64,000 nucleotides of DNA, from positions 3,410,001 to 3,474,000 of the forward strand of contig NC_043010.1 of assembly GCF_006345805.1 (NCBI RefSeq). Reading direction: 5' to 3'. Each line of letters opens with the position of its first letter. Positions within the stretch are counted from its first letter, which is position 1. The position numbers and the translations under genes are program-made. The notes under the pieces were generated by a model. That model searched no databases. It was not told where the DNA came from and saw nothing but the letters and a program-made list of their open reading frames with translations. This DNA is from Octopus sinensis. Taxonomy: Eukaryota. Below, in pieces: positions 51,816 through 64,000 of this stretch.

Positions 51816-53530
51816 TGTACACATATTTATGTACCATTATCGTTATCATCATCATTGTTTTACTGTATACTTTTCCTCTCTTGCAAGGATCAGATGACAT
51901 TTTGTTGAAGCAGACTGTTTTTCTACAGGGTACACTTCTTGACACTGATCCAAGAAAATTATAGTCTATCAAACAATGGACATTAGATATTCTTTTGCAG
52001 AGGATGGCAAACAAATGGCACCATTTATATGAATGATGAGACCTTTGCCCACACAGTCAATGTACACATATCAAGACAAAGGGAGTATATCGAATATATA
52101 CATCAAGATTCAGTGATACGCACATACACACATACGTGCATGCACACACACAAAATATTCTCATAAAACATCTCAAGGCAGTGAATTTGCAAAGTTGTCA
52201 GAGTGGTATTTATTCCGACTGTCTTTGCTCTGAGTTCAACTCCTGCTAAGGTCAACTTTACCTTTCGTCTTTTTTCATGATTGATAAAAATAGTTCCCAT
52301 CTTTAATGATGGATTAGTAGAACTGTTTGAGGGTCAGGCAGGGTGCTTTACGGTATCCATTTCACCTCTTTGCCTTGCATTTCGACAGCAGATGCCAGCC
52401 TAAGTCTGTGGCCTTTCTCCAGGATAATATCAGTAACATGGAGAGAGTCAACTTGCTTGTATGAGCAACACTTAGTCTTCCTCAGTCGCTCATATATATA
52501 TACACAGATGAAGAATCAACCATAGATACTGGAAGGCTCTATTCCCCGCACTTAAGGATCCAAGTTGTGAAAGGAATTATAAAAGAAAAACCAAAATAGA
52601 CCTTGTCAATGGCACTAAATTATTAGAAGGTTTCTGTAACTTTTGTTAATTTGTTTTTCTTGTAAATGAATAGAGATGTCTTTTCTAGTATCTGATAACA
52701 ATAATAAAACACAGCAAAATATCAGCTTTTAGTGATGTTGATGTAAATGTTCATAGAGCATAATGAATTGCTATTATAAGGAGAGAAAAAAAACAACTGT
52801 TATTGTTATCGTGTATTGCTTCTTATCATGTATTTGTTCATAAGGCCATTGCCAGATGCATTTCCATCAATAAAATGGTACTTGTAGCCCTCACTACTTG
52901 GAACAAAATAAAGAGGTGATTGATGCTAATGTTTTCAGTCATTAGGTATGAATATTTGTTCTTGCCAAATATCACCTGGAAATGGGATTAGTTATTAAAT
53001 GTTTTTCATTTCGCTTCAGCATTTCCTGTATAAATCATTAGGTTATCAATAAACAAATTATGAACTATATTGATATTCCATGCTGTCATTTCAGGAAAGG
53101 ATGTAACACCAGAACATGTTTATTTGCCAGAAATGGCAATATATTTAGTGGAGAGAGAAATAGTTTCATTGGAGTATTCGTATTGATTTGTTGCAAAGGC
53201 ATAGGGCCATAAATTTTGTGTAAAGAATAGCTGATTGCATCAACTCCAGTACTTGACTGATATTTATTATTTTATTTACACTGAAAGGATAAAAGACAAA
53301 GCCTCGGTGAAATTTGAATACAGAAATGAAGATGTCTGCAGAAGAGGAAGACTATAGAAAATGTTGACAAAATTGGTGAGAGGCGATCACAGGATGTTGG
53401 TCCTCACAAAGAAATGGGAAATGACTGCAACATGTGAAGAAGCACCGTCTTGAAACTGAACCCCATCCAATTAATGCTAGCATGGAAAAGCAGATGTAAA
53501 AATAATGATGAATATAAAGTACTGTAATGA

Positions 53531-53705
53531 TAGGCGCAGGAGTGGCTGTGTGGTAAGTAGCTTGCTAACCAACCACATGGTTCCGGGTTCAATCCCACTG
53601 CGTGGCACCTTGGGTAAGTGTCTTCTGCTATAGCCCCGGGCTGACCAATGCCTTGTGAGTGGATTTGGTAGACGGAAACTGAAAGAAGCCTGTCGTATAT
53701 ATGTG

Positions 53706-53736
<31 letters not shown>

Positions 53737-53958
53737 GTGTTTGTGTGTCTGTGTTTGTCCCCCTAGCATTGCTTAATAACCGATGCTGGTGTGTTTATGT
53801 CCCCATCACTTAGTGGTTCGGCAAGAGAGACCGATAGAATAAGTACTGGGCTTACAAAAGAATAAGTCCCGGGGTCGATTTGCTCGACTAAAGGCAGTGC
53901 TCCAGCATGGCCACAGTCAAATGACTGAAACAAGTAAAAGAATAAAAGAATAAAAGAA
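53531..53958 (+). mobile_element. SINE family A (full length)
   Basis: High similarity to 6021-6437; (AATAAAAG)n tail. Confidence 0.9.
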
Positions 53959-54056
53959 TATGAAATAAGGTATTGTCCAATGTTTTAATTATTTTATAAA
54001 TCCACTTCCCTTGGAGTAGTCTTACCAAAAGCATTTTAACATGTCAAACACCGTAT

Positions 54057-54184
54057 TTACTACTGGTCGTTCATTGCTTAATTTCACACAACAACCAGTA
54101 ACAGGCCGTTAACATATTGGTTACTACTGGTCGTTCATTGCTTAATTTCACACAACAACCAGTAACAGGCCGTTAACATGTTGG
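54057..54184. repeat. 64-bp tandem duplication (2 copies, 1 mismatch)
   Basis: TTACTACTGGTCGTTCATTGC...GTTAACAT(A/G)TTGG occurs twice. Confidence 0.95.
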
Positions 54185-54716
54185 TTAACATATTCATATC
54201 AGTGTTAAATGACATGACAAATCATGAATAGAAAGTGTAAATATAACTGAAAACTTAAAGCAAAAGGAGGAAAATGTCACCTCAAGGGAAACAAGAGAAA
54301 AGCTGAAAACCCATCCTGCTAAGCTCACTGTGTTTACCAATATTTTTATATTCAGTTAAAATCCAGAATATTGACATGAAAGCAAACTATAAAATATAAG
54401 AAATTTTCTCTGCAACCACAATGGTTTCAGGTTCATTTGGGCAGTGTGGAACCTTGAGCAAATATCTCCTATTAGAGCCCAGTCCCATGGGCAGCCTTTG
54501 ATTTTTTCCTATCCAAATGGGGTTTTCAACCCAGTTCATACATGGTAAAATGGTAAAATGCTTATTAGGTACACAGGAGATGTGTGTTCAAGTCCCATGG
54601 ATTTTCAACCCGATACTTTACATGCTATTATTTAAAGTTTTATATGTACTTCAAGAACCAGTTCCAAAAAAGAATTATTTCACATTCTCTCAAAAGTTTA
54701 CAAATTTTTATGATGT

Positions 54717-54758
<42 letters not shown>

Positions 54759-54911
54759 TAATATTTCACTTCAGCATAGTGAAACTAATAACCTGGTGTA
54801 GAACTCAATATACATATGGTCCAGAACTCAACGTTAGATGAGTATAGAGTGGTAACAGAAAACAAAGGGATGACACCAGAAAAATCTAGATATTATGTAA
54901 TGAACTTCATT

Positions 54912-54992
54912 GGTTTATAGCTGTTTCTGCTATAAAATGTAGTGGACTTTCAGTTGAGTACCAGGGTAACATGCTAAAGCTTCATCAGAGCC
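54912..54992 (-). ncRNA. Degenerate type I hammerhead motif
   Basis: Minus strand GGCT-CTGATGA-AGCTTTA...TATAGCA-GAAAC-AGCT-ATA-AACC; core present, stems I and III carry mismatches. Confidence 0.4.
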
Positions 54993-55389
54993 TTGAATAT
55001 GAACTTGGGAAAGTTACATTTTCAGAACATACTGGCATTATGAGTAAGTTTATGTTGATGGCTATGGAAAATTCTGTCCCAAGGTAGGAGAAAGTATGCA
55101 AACATACACGTGCTTAAGGTAGGATTAAAAGGGAGATATATGGGTAGACTCACACACTCATTCATATACATATATACATACACACACACACATGCAGCAG
55201 AGATAGAGGATTTGCACAAACAAATGAATTAAAGAAGAGATAAAAGATACTCTTCCTGCCTTGTGTTTTATGCTGTTTCCCAGCTAGATCCCATCTTGAG
55301 CTTCAACTGCAAATGCCTTACCAGGAGTTTGAAAGCTTATTAATAGTACGTGAATTTGAAACATTACAGTTTTCTGTGCAAAGAAGAGT

Positions 55390-55720
55390 TTAAATGGCTG
55401 CTATACAAGGATGCTGTGAATTGCCCTGGATGTGAAATGGAAGTAGCACATGACCAATGTGCATCTCCATGGAAGCTTTCCAAAAGTGACCAACAAGATT
55501 AGAGAATGACATGCTTTATGTTTCATGTTTGCATGTTGTACCAGGAAGAAGAAGAAGAATTGGAACTTGTGTTCTGCAACCCACAGCACTGGACTGGCAG
55601 GTGTAGGAGACATCATCTGACATTTATCAACAACCTCAGGAAAGACACAAGATTGGCTTCTATGTCATGAGGGATCAAGATGCTTGGTGAAATGGTTTTG
55701 TCTTAAAGGACTGATTAGGA
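55390..55720 (+). mobile_element. RTE-like LINE 3' ORF fragment
   Basis: YTRML*IALDVKWK*HMTN...FPKVTNKIRE...LTFINNLRKDTRL resembles the RTE RT C-terminus. Confidence 0.65.
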
Positions 55721-56250
55721 GTCTAACCAATGTGAAGAAGTTGCATTATTATTTAAAAAGGACTAAAATCCCTCCACCACCAAAATATTGATAATATTCT
55801 ATGAGCCAGTACATCTACTCATGTAACCATAACATGGTGTATGCATACAAGAAATTATTTATGAGCTGCATTAATTAAAGACCAGATTATTATTTTAGCA
55901 TAAAGCATATCACATATGTACAAGAAATGGCACTGTGTCTTAGCACCCAGTTCTACAAAAATGACAAATAAATGTCCAAATCCATTTTAAGAACACACAA
56001 TATTATTGAGTTGGTAAAATGTATGATCAAGCAGATATTAGAATAGACTGAAATGTCAGAAAGACAAAAAGAAGAGTTTAGTGCTTTAAAATCCAAAAAT
56101 AATAATGTTTAGTCAAAATTCTGGAAGAAACAAATTCTATTTTCTTAGATAAAATTCTATTGATAAAGCGAAACTCTTTGTCATGATATTTTGAAAGAGG
56201 ATAACATTTTAAAATCTATTGTTAATTTTCAATATAATCAAGATTTTAGG

Positions 56251-56295
<45 letters not shown>

Positions 56296-56729
56296 GAGGT
56301 GGTGAGATGACAGAATCATTAGCCACTAGGAAAAATGCTTAGCAGCATTTTGCTTGTCTTTCCATTCTGAGTTCAAATTCCATCTATGTCAACTTTGCCT
56401 TTCATTCATTCAAGGTTGATAAAATAAGTAGCAGTTTAGCATTGGGGTTAACGTAATTAAATTACTCACTCCCTAAAAGATTGCTGGCCTTGTGCCAAAA
56501 TTTGAAACCTTTATCATTGTCATTACAATCATCATTTTTATTATTACTAGGTCATTGCCCATTGCTAAGCTACCAGTAAAAATATTTGTTAATTATACAC
56601 ATACCTCTATAAATTGTTCAAGATAAAAGTCATTTTTTAAAAAGTCTGTGTTGAGTTGTTTATATGTTGAAAAACACAGAAAAATACACACACACAACTG
56701 CAAAATATTATATATATATATAAATATAT

Positions 56730-57122
56730 ATAGGCGCAGGAGTGGCTGTGTGGTAAGTAGCTTGCTTACCAACTACATGGTTCCAAGTTCAGTCCCACTG
56801 CATGGCACCTTAAGCAAGTGTCTTCTACTAGAAGTGTTTTCTCCTATAGCCTCGGGCCAACCAAAGCCTTGTGAGTGGATACAGTAGACAAAAACTGAAT
56901 CAAGGCCATTGTATATATATGTGTGTGTGTGTGTGTGTATGTTTGTGTATTTGTGTTTGTCCCTCCACCATCACTTGACAACCCATGCTGGTCTACTTAC
57001 ATCCTCGTAACTTAGCGGTTTGGCAACAGAGACTGATAGAATAAGTACTAGATGTATAAAGAATAAGCCCTGGGGTCGATTTGTTTGACTAAAGGCAGTG
57101 ATCCAGCATGGCCACAGTCAAA
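56730..57122 (+). mobile_element. SINE family A
   Basis: Similarity to 6021-6437, with a small internal duplication. Confidence 0.85.
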
Positions 57123-57275
57123 TGTTTTTTTGAAGTATGTTGCCTTTCATCCTTTCAGGGTTGATAAATTAAGTACCAGTGAAATACTGGGGTTGAAGTA
57201 ATCGAATCATCCCCTCCCCTAAAATGACTGCCCCTGTGGCAAAATTTGAAACCATTATTATTATTATTATCATTA

Positions 57276-57317
<42 letters not shown>

Positions 57318-57411
57318 TATTATTATTATTATCATTATTATTATTATTATTATTATTTATTATTATTATTATTATCATTATTTATTATTATTATCATCAT
57401 CATCATCATCA

Positions 57412-57451
<40 letters not shown>

Positions 57452-57805
57452 ATAGGTATTAAAGGTAATTCAATATCGTTTCACCAGAAGCATGAGAAAG
57501 AACAAAATATAGAAAGATACAGAAACAAACACACACACACACACACACACATACACTTATAGTCTTTTTTTCAAGTGTGTTGCATTATGTTGACAGACTT
57601 GCACTTAAAATTCCTGCATTTTAAACCAAAACTTGTTGGTTACTATGGTGACAACACCATCTATCTATCTTTCACACACACTGTATTTCACATTCCGAGT
57701 TCAAATTCTGCAAAAGTTGACTTTTCCTTTCATCCTTTCAAGGTTGATAAATTAAGTACCAGTGAAACTTATATTATGAAAATATTATTATTATTATTAT
57801 TATTA

Positions 57806-57851
<46 letters not shown>

Positions 57852-58214
57852 CAATAGGTATTAAAGATAATTCAATATCATTTCATCAGAAGCATGAGAA
57901 AGAACAAAACTAAATTTCGAAGAAAAACCATTTACTGAAAAAAAAGTCTTTACTGAAAGTATAACTTTGGCTGAAATTCACAGCCATGTCCTAAGACTTT
58001 AATCCTTATTTAATGCTACTTAGATAAGTCATGGAAAAAAGAAATATGAAAAGCAAAAATAATGTTCCTAAACTATGGAATGCACTGCCACTATCTATGA
58101 GGAATCTTGGACAAACCGGGAATTTAAAATAAACTGAAAAATTGATCTTTTCTTTAATACAAAATAGTATTTTCAAAAACTATAATAAAAATTCTCTTAA
58201 TATTTACGCAGGCA

Positions 58215-58620
58215 TATTCATGGTTGTGTGATTTAGAAGTTCATTGACAACAACGTAGTTTTAGCTAAACCAGCCCCTCTCTGCAGACCTTGCCTTCTAC
58301 TATGGTCCTAAGTTTACTTAGGTTTGCTAATGCCTTGTAGATGAAGTTGGCTGATGGAAACTGATTAGAAGCCCTTTGTATGTGTGTGTATGAGTGTGTC
58401 TGTGTGTGTGTATACACTGTTGCATTTGTCTTTCACTGGTTGACAAATGGTGTTGGTTTGTTTACATCCTCATAATTTAATGAGCAAGCAAATAGAGACT
58501 GACATCAGACAAATTGAGTACCAGACTTAGAATAAGTACTGGGGCCAATTTGATTGAGAAAACCATTCAATGTGGCCCTCCAGTGTGACCTCAGTGCAAT
58601 AAATGTAAGAAGTAAGAGCA
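58215..58620 (+). mobile_element. Old, diverged SINE family A copy (other diverged copies near 3240-3515, 8262-8390, 13720-13890, 36300-36460, 62615-63005, 63614-63750)
   Basis: Recognisable but mutated family A motifs (GATGGAAACTG..GAAGCCC, AATAAGTACTGGGG). Confidence 0.65.
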
Positions 58621-60249
58621 AAATATGCAAAAGAATAAAGTGAACAGTACTCTGATATCAGTCTTGCATAATTAGCAAGGAGACTGATATCTGTACTCTA
58701 TAAATTTATCATTTATGTTGTTATCTTTGTTACAAATATCAAAAACCATCATCATTAAAACATGAAATTGCCAAATAAATAGATTAAATCACCCCTACTG
58801 GGTTACTAAGTTCATCATGTCTAATATGTTTAGTCAGCTCTTATCACTACAAGTTTTAACAAAATGCATGTTCTACCAAACTTAATGAGTGCAATAGTTG
58901 AACAAATATCTTAATTCTGGGAAATAAATGTGATGTAATTATTTGATATCTCAAATATTTAAAAATAATTGAAACATAATTTTGAGAATTCTCCTCATAA
59001 TTTATCCAATAAATTATTAAACTAAAATATCTCAAATTCCTGTTTCAAGCTTTAAAGGAAAATAATTATCAGTGTCTTTCGTAAAACTGACATACGCTAA
59101 TTTATTTATTTAATTTTGAGGTGGGTTGGGTCAGAATAAAGCAAATAAACATAGTTTTGTGCTGTCATTACATTTACAAGAATAGCTGGCCGTTCTCAAG
59201 AAAATAATATGTTACAAAATAAATGGTTCAATTAAAGCAAGGAGTTAATACTATCACTTAGCAATTTTTCTTAGTTACAAGTTGTTATTAAAGTAGAAAA
59301 GGCTATTTATTTTCCGTTCATGTGAGCATCATTTAAAAGTGTTTAATTATTTATAGACATTGACTGAATTAAAAAGTTAGGCCCCGATACTGAAAATATT
59401 TTTAGCGATGCACATTAATATTGGCTAAATGGAAAAAATATTTAATTATTGATTAACTCTGACACTTTTGGCTATCTCTTGTTTTCATCAATACCAGAGA
59501 CTAGTAATCAACTTTGTCTTCTCTATTTATGTATAGGTATTTGATAGGTTGTTATGAAAAATCCAGCAGACACTAAACAGCCTAGTTTGCCTAAAGTGGC
59601 AAATTCATAAAGGTTGTGCTAAAATAAAGTAAAAATTTCCCTCATACTGAACAAAAATACACCATGTATAAATGACTTCCCAGTTCATTTTATACGACCA
59701 CTATTCACACATTTTGCTTGAATTGATCATTACAGTGGTCAGACGTATACTAGACCATAAATAACTCATTGATCATGAACTTAATAGTGATGAATTTGTC
59801 AGCTTGGTTGGTAAAAATCCATCTGCTAGACACTTCCTTCTCCTCTGCTTCTCTCTATCCTTCACAAACCTACAACTCTTGCATTCTCTTCCCCACTGGA
59901 TATAAATCTCACTTTACAACCTTGATCCATCTCTGCTACTCAGGAAACATTCCCCACACAATCTTCTTTACATCAGATATTGTATGTATTTGGAATCATT
60001 ATGTCCACCACCCATTTCTCCTCCTTGAGCACCAATAACAATGACTTCCACCTATTCTGGTGGTGGTGATGGTGGCGGTAGGAGGGGGTTTACTACTTAG
60101 TTTCTTTAAGTTCGTCTAAATCGGCTACAACTTTCAATAATTTGTATGTTGCTATGATGATGTCCACTTTAGCTTTTCTCAATCTACACACATTGACTCA
60201 ACTAGAGTAGAAGTTCTAACTGCCACCACTTTAAATAGCACGCATGAGT

Positions 60250-60295
<46 letters not shown>

Positions 60296-60989
60296 ATGCA
60301 TGCTTGTGTGCACACCTATCCAAAATGCATAGTCAAACTTCATATTTTCATAATTTTTTGTCTATCGCTGACTCCACTAAAAGTCTTGTGAACCGAACCA
60401 AAATGGTTTCAACAACCATAGAGATACAGATATATGATTAATATGAATAGTTTTAACCTATATACAAGATGAAATACCATTCTGAGGAATTTAATAATAA
60501 CTTCACAAGGATTGAGCCATGATATCAAACAGAGTATAAGAATAGACAAATAGACTAAAGTTATTCTAAGAAATTAGATCTAGACACTGAAATAAGAGAA
60601 TTAGAATAGAACCAGCAGCTAAAATTATTTAGGAACAGATGAAACTAGTAAAATTCAAACATGAAAAAATGATGGAGTAAATTTTAATGAGTTTTACAAA
60701 AGCAACATGTTAATAGTAAAAGCAAAACTCATTGGTAGAAATAACATTATATGTATGAATACATGGGTTATTCTAGTTATAAACTACAGCTTCATTGCAC
60801 ATGTATCTGCTTTTATCATGGGGGCTTGGTTAAAAAAAAAGCAGTGATAAATGAATCATCCTCATGCACTTTGTAAATGGAATAAATGGTAGATTTATTG
60901 ACTCTAAACTCATGACACACAGCAGGGAAACTTTGACTGTCATGTGTTTTCTTGATCATTTCTATCTTTTCCTGCAGAGAATATACTTA

Positions 60990-61335
60990 AATAATAATAA
61001 TAATAATGAAATTATTGTATACAGTGCTCAGGTGCACCACAACTTGTCAAAAGTGCATATAAAGCATATGCAGTAATGTACAAATGTCTGGAAAGCGAAC
61101 AGTGTATGAGTCAGATACATGCTTGCGCGTGTATGGAGGGGAGAAAATCAGGTGTAGTGTTGGCGAATCTCAGAAAGCATGGAAGTTTTGAAGGATGCAG
61201 TGCTCCGACAACTAACAACTGATGCCGGCAGTTTGTTCCATGCTTCAGCAACTCTCAGCATGAAAAAACGTTTCCGAAAGTCATGGGAGCTGTGCTGTTT
61301 TCTGACTTTGTAAACATGTCCACTTGTTTGCAACA
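60990..61335 (-). mobile_element. CR1/L2-type LINE 3' end, same family as 31908
   Basis: GHVYKVRKQHSSHDFRKRFFMLRVAEAWNKLPASVVSCRSTASFK with shared 3' UTR and tail. Confidence 0.8.
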
Positions 61336-62039
61336 TTTGTTAGGATCAGGCACCTTTTTTTTTTTTTTTTGCACATTTGTCCAGTCTTGATGAGTACATG
61401 TACATAAATCCGTACCAAAAATTTACAGCCTGGCAGAATGATCATGTAAACACAAGCAATAGTCATTGCATTCTGGGTAGCTGAGCCTTGTATGTGGTTG
61501 CTGGATTGCATTTTCGTGGTACAAGCAGAATCTTTGACTGATCACTGACCTATATTATCACAGGTCAGTCTGTAATATGTATAACATGGTTCAAACTTGA
61601 GAGTTACATCTTATCTCGGATCAGTAATAAGTATAACAATGATAAACAAGGCTACATGTCTTATACTGCAGTTCAGTGAAATGAAGAGTTTAGATGAGGG
61701 GAGCAAAAAAGAAAAGCAGGAAACTACAAACAGCATTATGAATTTATAAAAACCAATATAAATAGAAAAAATATATATACTTACTAAATGCACAGAGAGG
61801 AAGGGACCTGAAATAAATAAAGATTTATATTTTATGAAATGTTCACAATATGTTTAAAAGCCAACCTACAAATAATAATATAATAACAAAATAATATTAA
61901 AATAATAAAAGACTAATAAAAATAATAATGGAATAATAAAAAGTATTTATTTCTGCATAGAAGGAAACAATAAAGCAGAAAATGAGCAAGTATGATGTAG
62001 ATGTCTTTTGCAAGAAAGCAGGACTTGGTTGTAGGAACC

Positions 62040-62300
62040 ATGTTTCTACTAATTATCTTAGTTGTGAGCAGACCAGAGGCACATTCTTGTACCACCAACT
62101 CTTGACCCAGTGGAATACTGTTTATGTTATAGCTAGAAGGAAAGAGGACAACACAAGCACTGTTGTTGGTAATAATTTTTCAGCTGAGTAAACTGGAGCA
62201 ATATGAAGTGAAGAGCCTTGCTCAAAGGCACAACATTCTGCTAAGTCTAGGAATTAGACCCATGACCTTATGATCTAGAAGTTAAGGTCCTAACCACTTC
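62040..62300 (-). mobile_element. Diverged tRNA-derived SINE (family E); related fragment at 42325-42460 (+)
   Basis: Minus strand has AGTGGTTAGG..., B-box-like GGGTCTAATTCC, CCTTTGAGCAAGGC and ATTGCTCCAGTTTACTCAGCTG, the last shared with 42330. Confidence 0.5.
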
Positions 62301-63875
62301 ACCAACACAGATATAAAAGCTTTCAATACGATTAGATAACAGATGGGATGAAACAAAAATTATTTTTTTTAAAATTCAAAACAAAATAATTTTTAAATAT
62401 TAAACAAAAGTAAGGGAGAAAAATTACATTTTGGTCAGTATTCTGCAAGACTAAACTGGAAAGAAAGAATTACTACCACAAGAAAGATAGAAATGTCCAC
62501 CTAATTAAGGCTGGCCTGGGGCTAAAAAAACAACAGCAAATAAAAGACAATGCTATACATATCCCAGGAATACAGAACTGTATCTGGTAATGCAGTGAAA
62601 AACTTTCAGACATCAGACATGGTAGTGTTGTTAAGAAGCTTGCTTTGCAACTCCATAATCCCATTGCGCAGTATCTTGGGCAAGTATCTTCTGCTATTGC
62701 CACGGATTGACTAATGCTGTATGAGAGAATCTGGCAGATGGAAACTGTGTAGAAGCTTATCATATGTGTGTGTTTTTGCGTGTGTCTGTGTGTGAGTGTA
62801 TATGTTTTTGTGTCTGTGTTTGTCCCATACCACCACTTGACAATAATTGGTTTGTTTACATCATTGTAACTTAGCAGTTTGACAAAAGAGAACAATAGAA
62901 TAAATACCAGACTTAGAAATAATTACTGGGGTTGGTTTGTTTGACTGAAACCTTTCTACACGGTGCCCCAGCGTGATTGTAGTTCAACGATTGAAACAAG
63001 TAAAACATAATAGATAACTACTAGAAAAACACATCAGGAAGCATAACAACTCAAAATTGAAGAGTAAGAAAACAAACTTAAAAATCAAGAATAGGAAAGA
63101 AAATATACGAAAGGACCCAATTAGGAAGGAAGATGGATTGACCTTCAACAACTTGAAATAGAAGACAACTTTACAAATTGAGAATTTAGAGGAATAAGGT
63201 CATGCAACAATGCAGTCAGAAGAAAAAGATTGAACACAATCACAAAGTTAATGGAATACTAGGATAGTATTAGAAAGGTTGGTATAACTTAACTAGACAC
63301 ACTATTAAATGTTGCCTGAATTTGTATAACAGAGTGATTAGATATTAAAATACAAAAAAAAAGTCAAAGATGTCTTGGAAAAAAAATCAAAAGATTGCAT
63401 AGGTTGTGTAGGTCTATAAATGTATTAGAAAGGAAAACAGAATTTGGAATTGAAAGATCATCGTCATCATCATTATCATTGTTGTTTTTATGTCCACTTT
63501 TTCCATGTTGGCATGTGTTGGATGAGACTTGTTGAGGCAATGTTCTACCCTCACTGACAACACTGGATTGTTTTTAAATAATGAGCTTTGTTCCTTGGTT
63601 TCACACACAATCACTGGGGTTCAGTCCCACTGCATAGCAGCAGGAGCAAGTGTCTTCTCCTATAGCCCTAGGCTGACCGAAGCTTTGTGAGTGGATTTAA
63701 TAGACAGTATGGAAGGGGGACATTAAAAGGTGATGATGAAACTGAAAGAAACATATCGAATACACACACACACACACACACATATATATTCATATACTAA
63801 ACTACCCGTGACACATTGGGTCACCAATATTTCAAAGTTCTGGTAAAGTTTGAAATTCCCAGTAATAATGATGAT

Positions 63876-63912
<37 letters not shown>

Positions 63913-63966
63913 TAATAATAATAATATTAACAAGGGTGGCGAGCTGGCAGAATCATCAGCATACAT

Positions 63967-63997
<31 letters not shown>

Positions 63998-64000
63998 CAT

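Overview
AT-rich, microsatellite- and retroelement-dense eukaryotic DNA whose gene and repeat content points to a coleoid cephalopod, probably Octopus (inference). The only convincing protein-coding feature is one large minus-strand exon encoding a 6-EC protocadherin (ORF 17048-19471; probable exon 17060-19514, with a canonical acceptor and donor). There is a candidate small upstream exon (20519-20597) and a well-spaced TATA/Inr/M-box/CCAAT promoter about 19 kb upstream (~38790-38910). The rest is several SINE families, decayed CR1/L2-, RTE- and Penelope-like retroelements, TTAA-flanked piggyBac-type MITEs, a mariner end and simple repeats; almost all other listed ORFs are repeat artefacts. 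The most notable unannotated signals are RNA structures on the protocadherin strand: several minimal type-I hammerhead ribozyme motifs (28820-28882, 29062-29099, 29846-29964, 54912-54992), a ~104-bp spacerless palindrome whose mismatches become G-U pairs on the minus strand (13426-13529), and pre-miRNA-like hairpins. All calls were made by eye and repeat boundaries are approximate.
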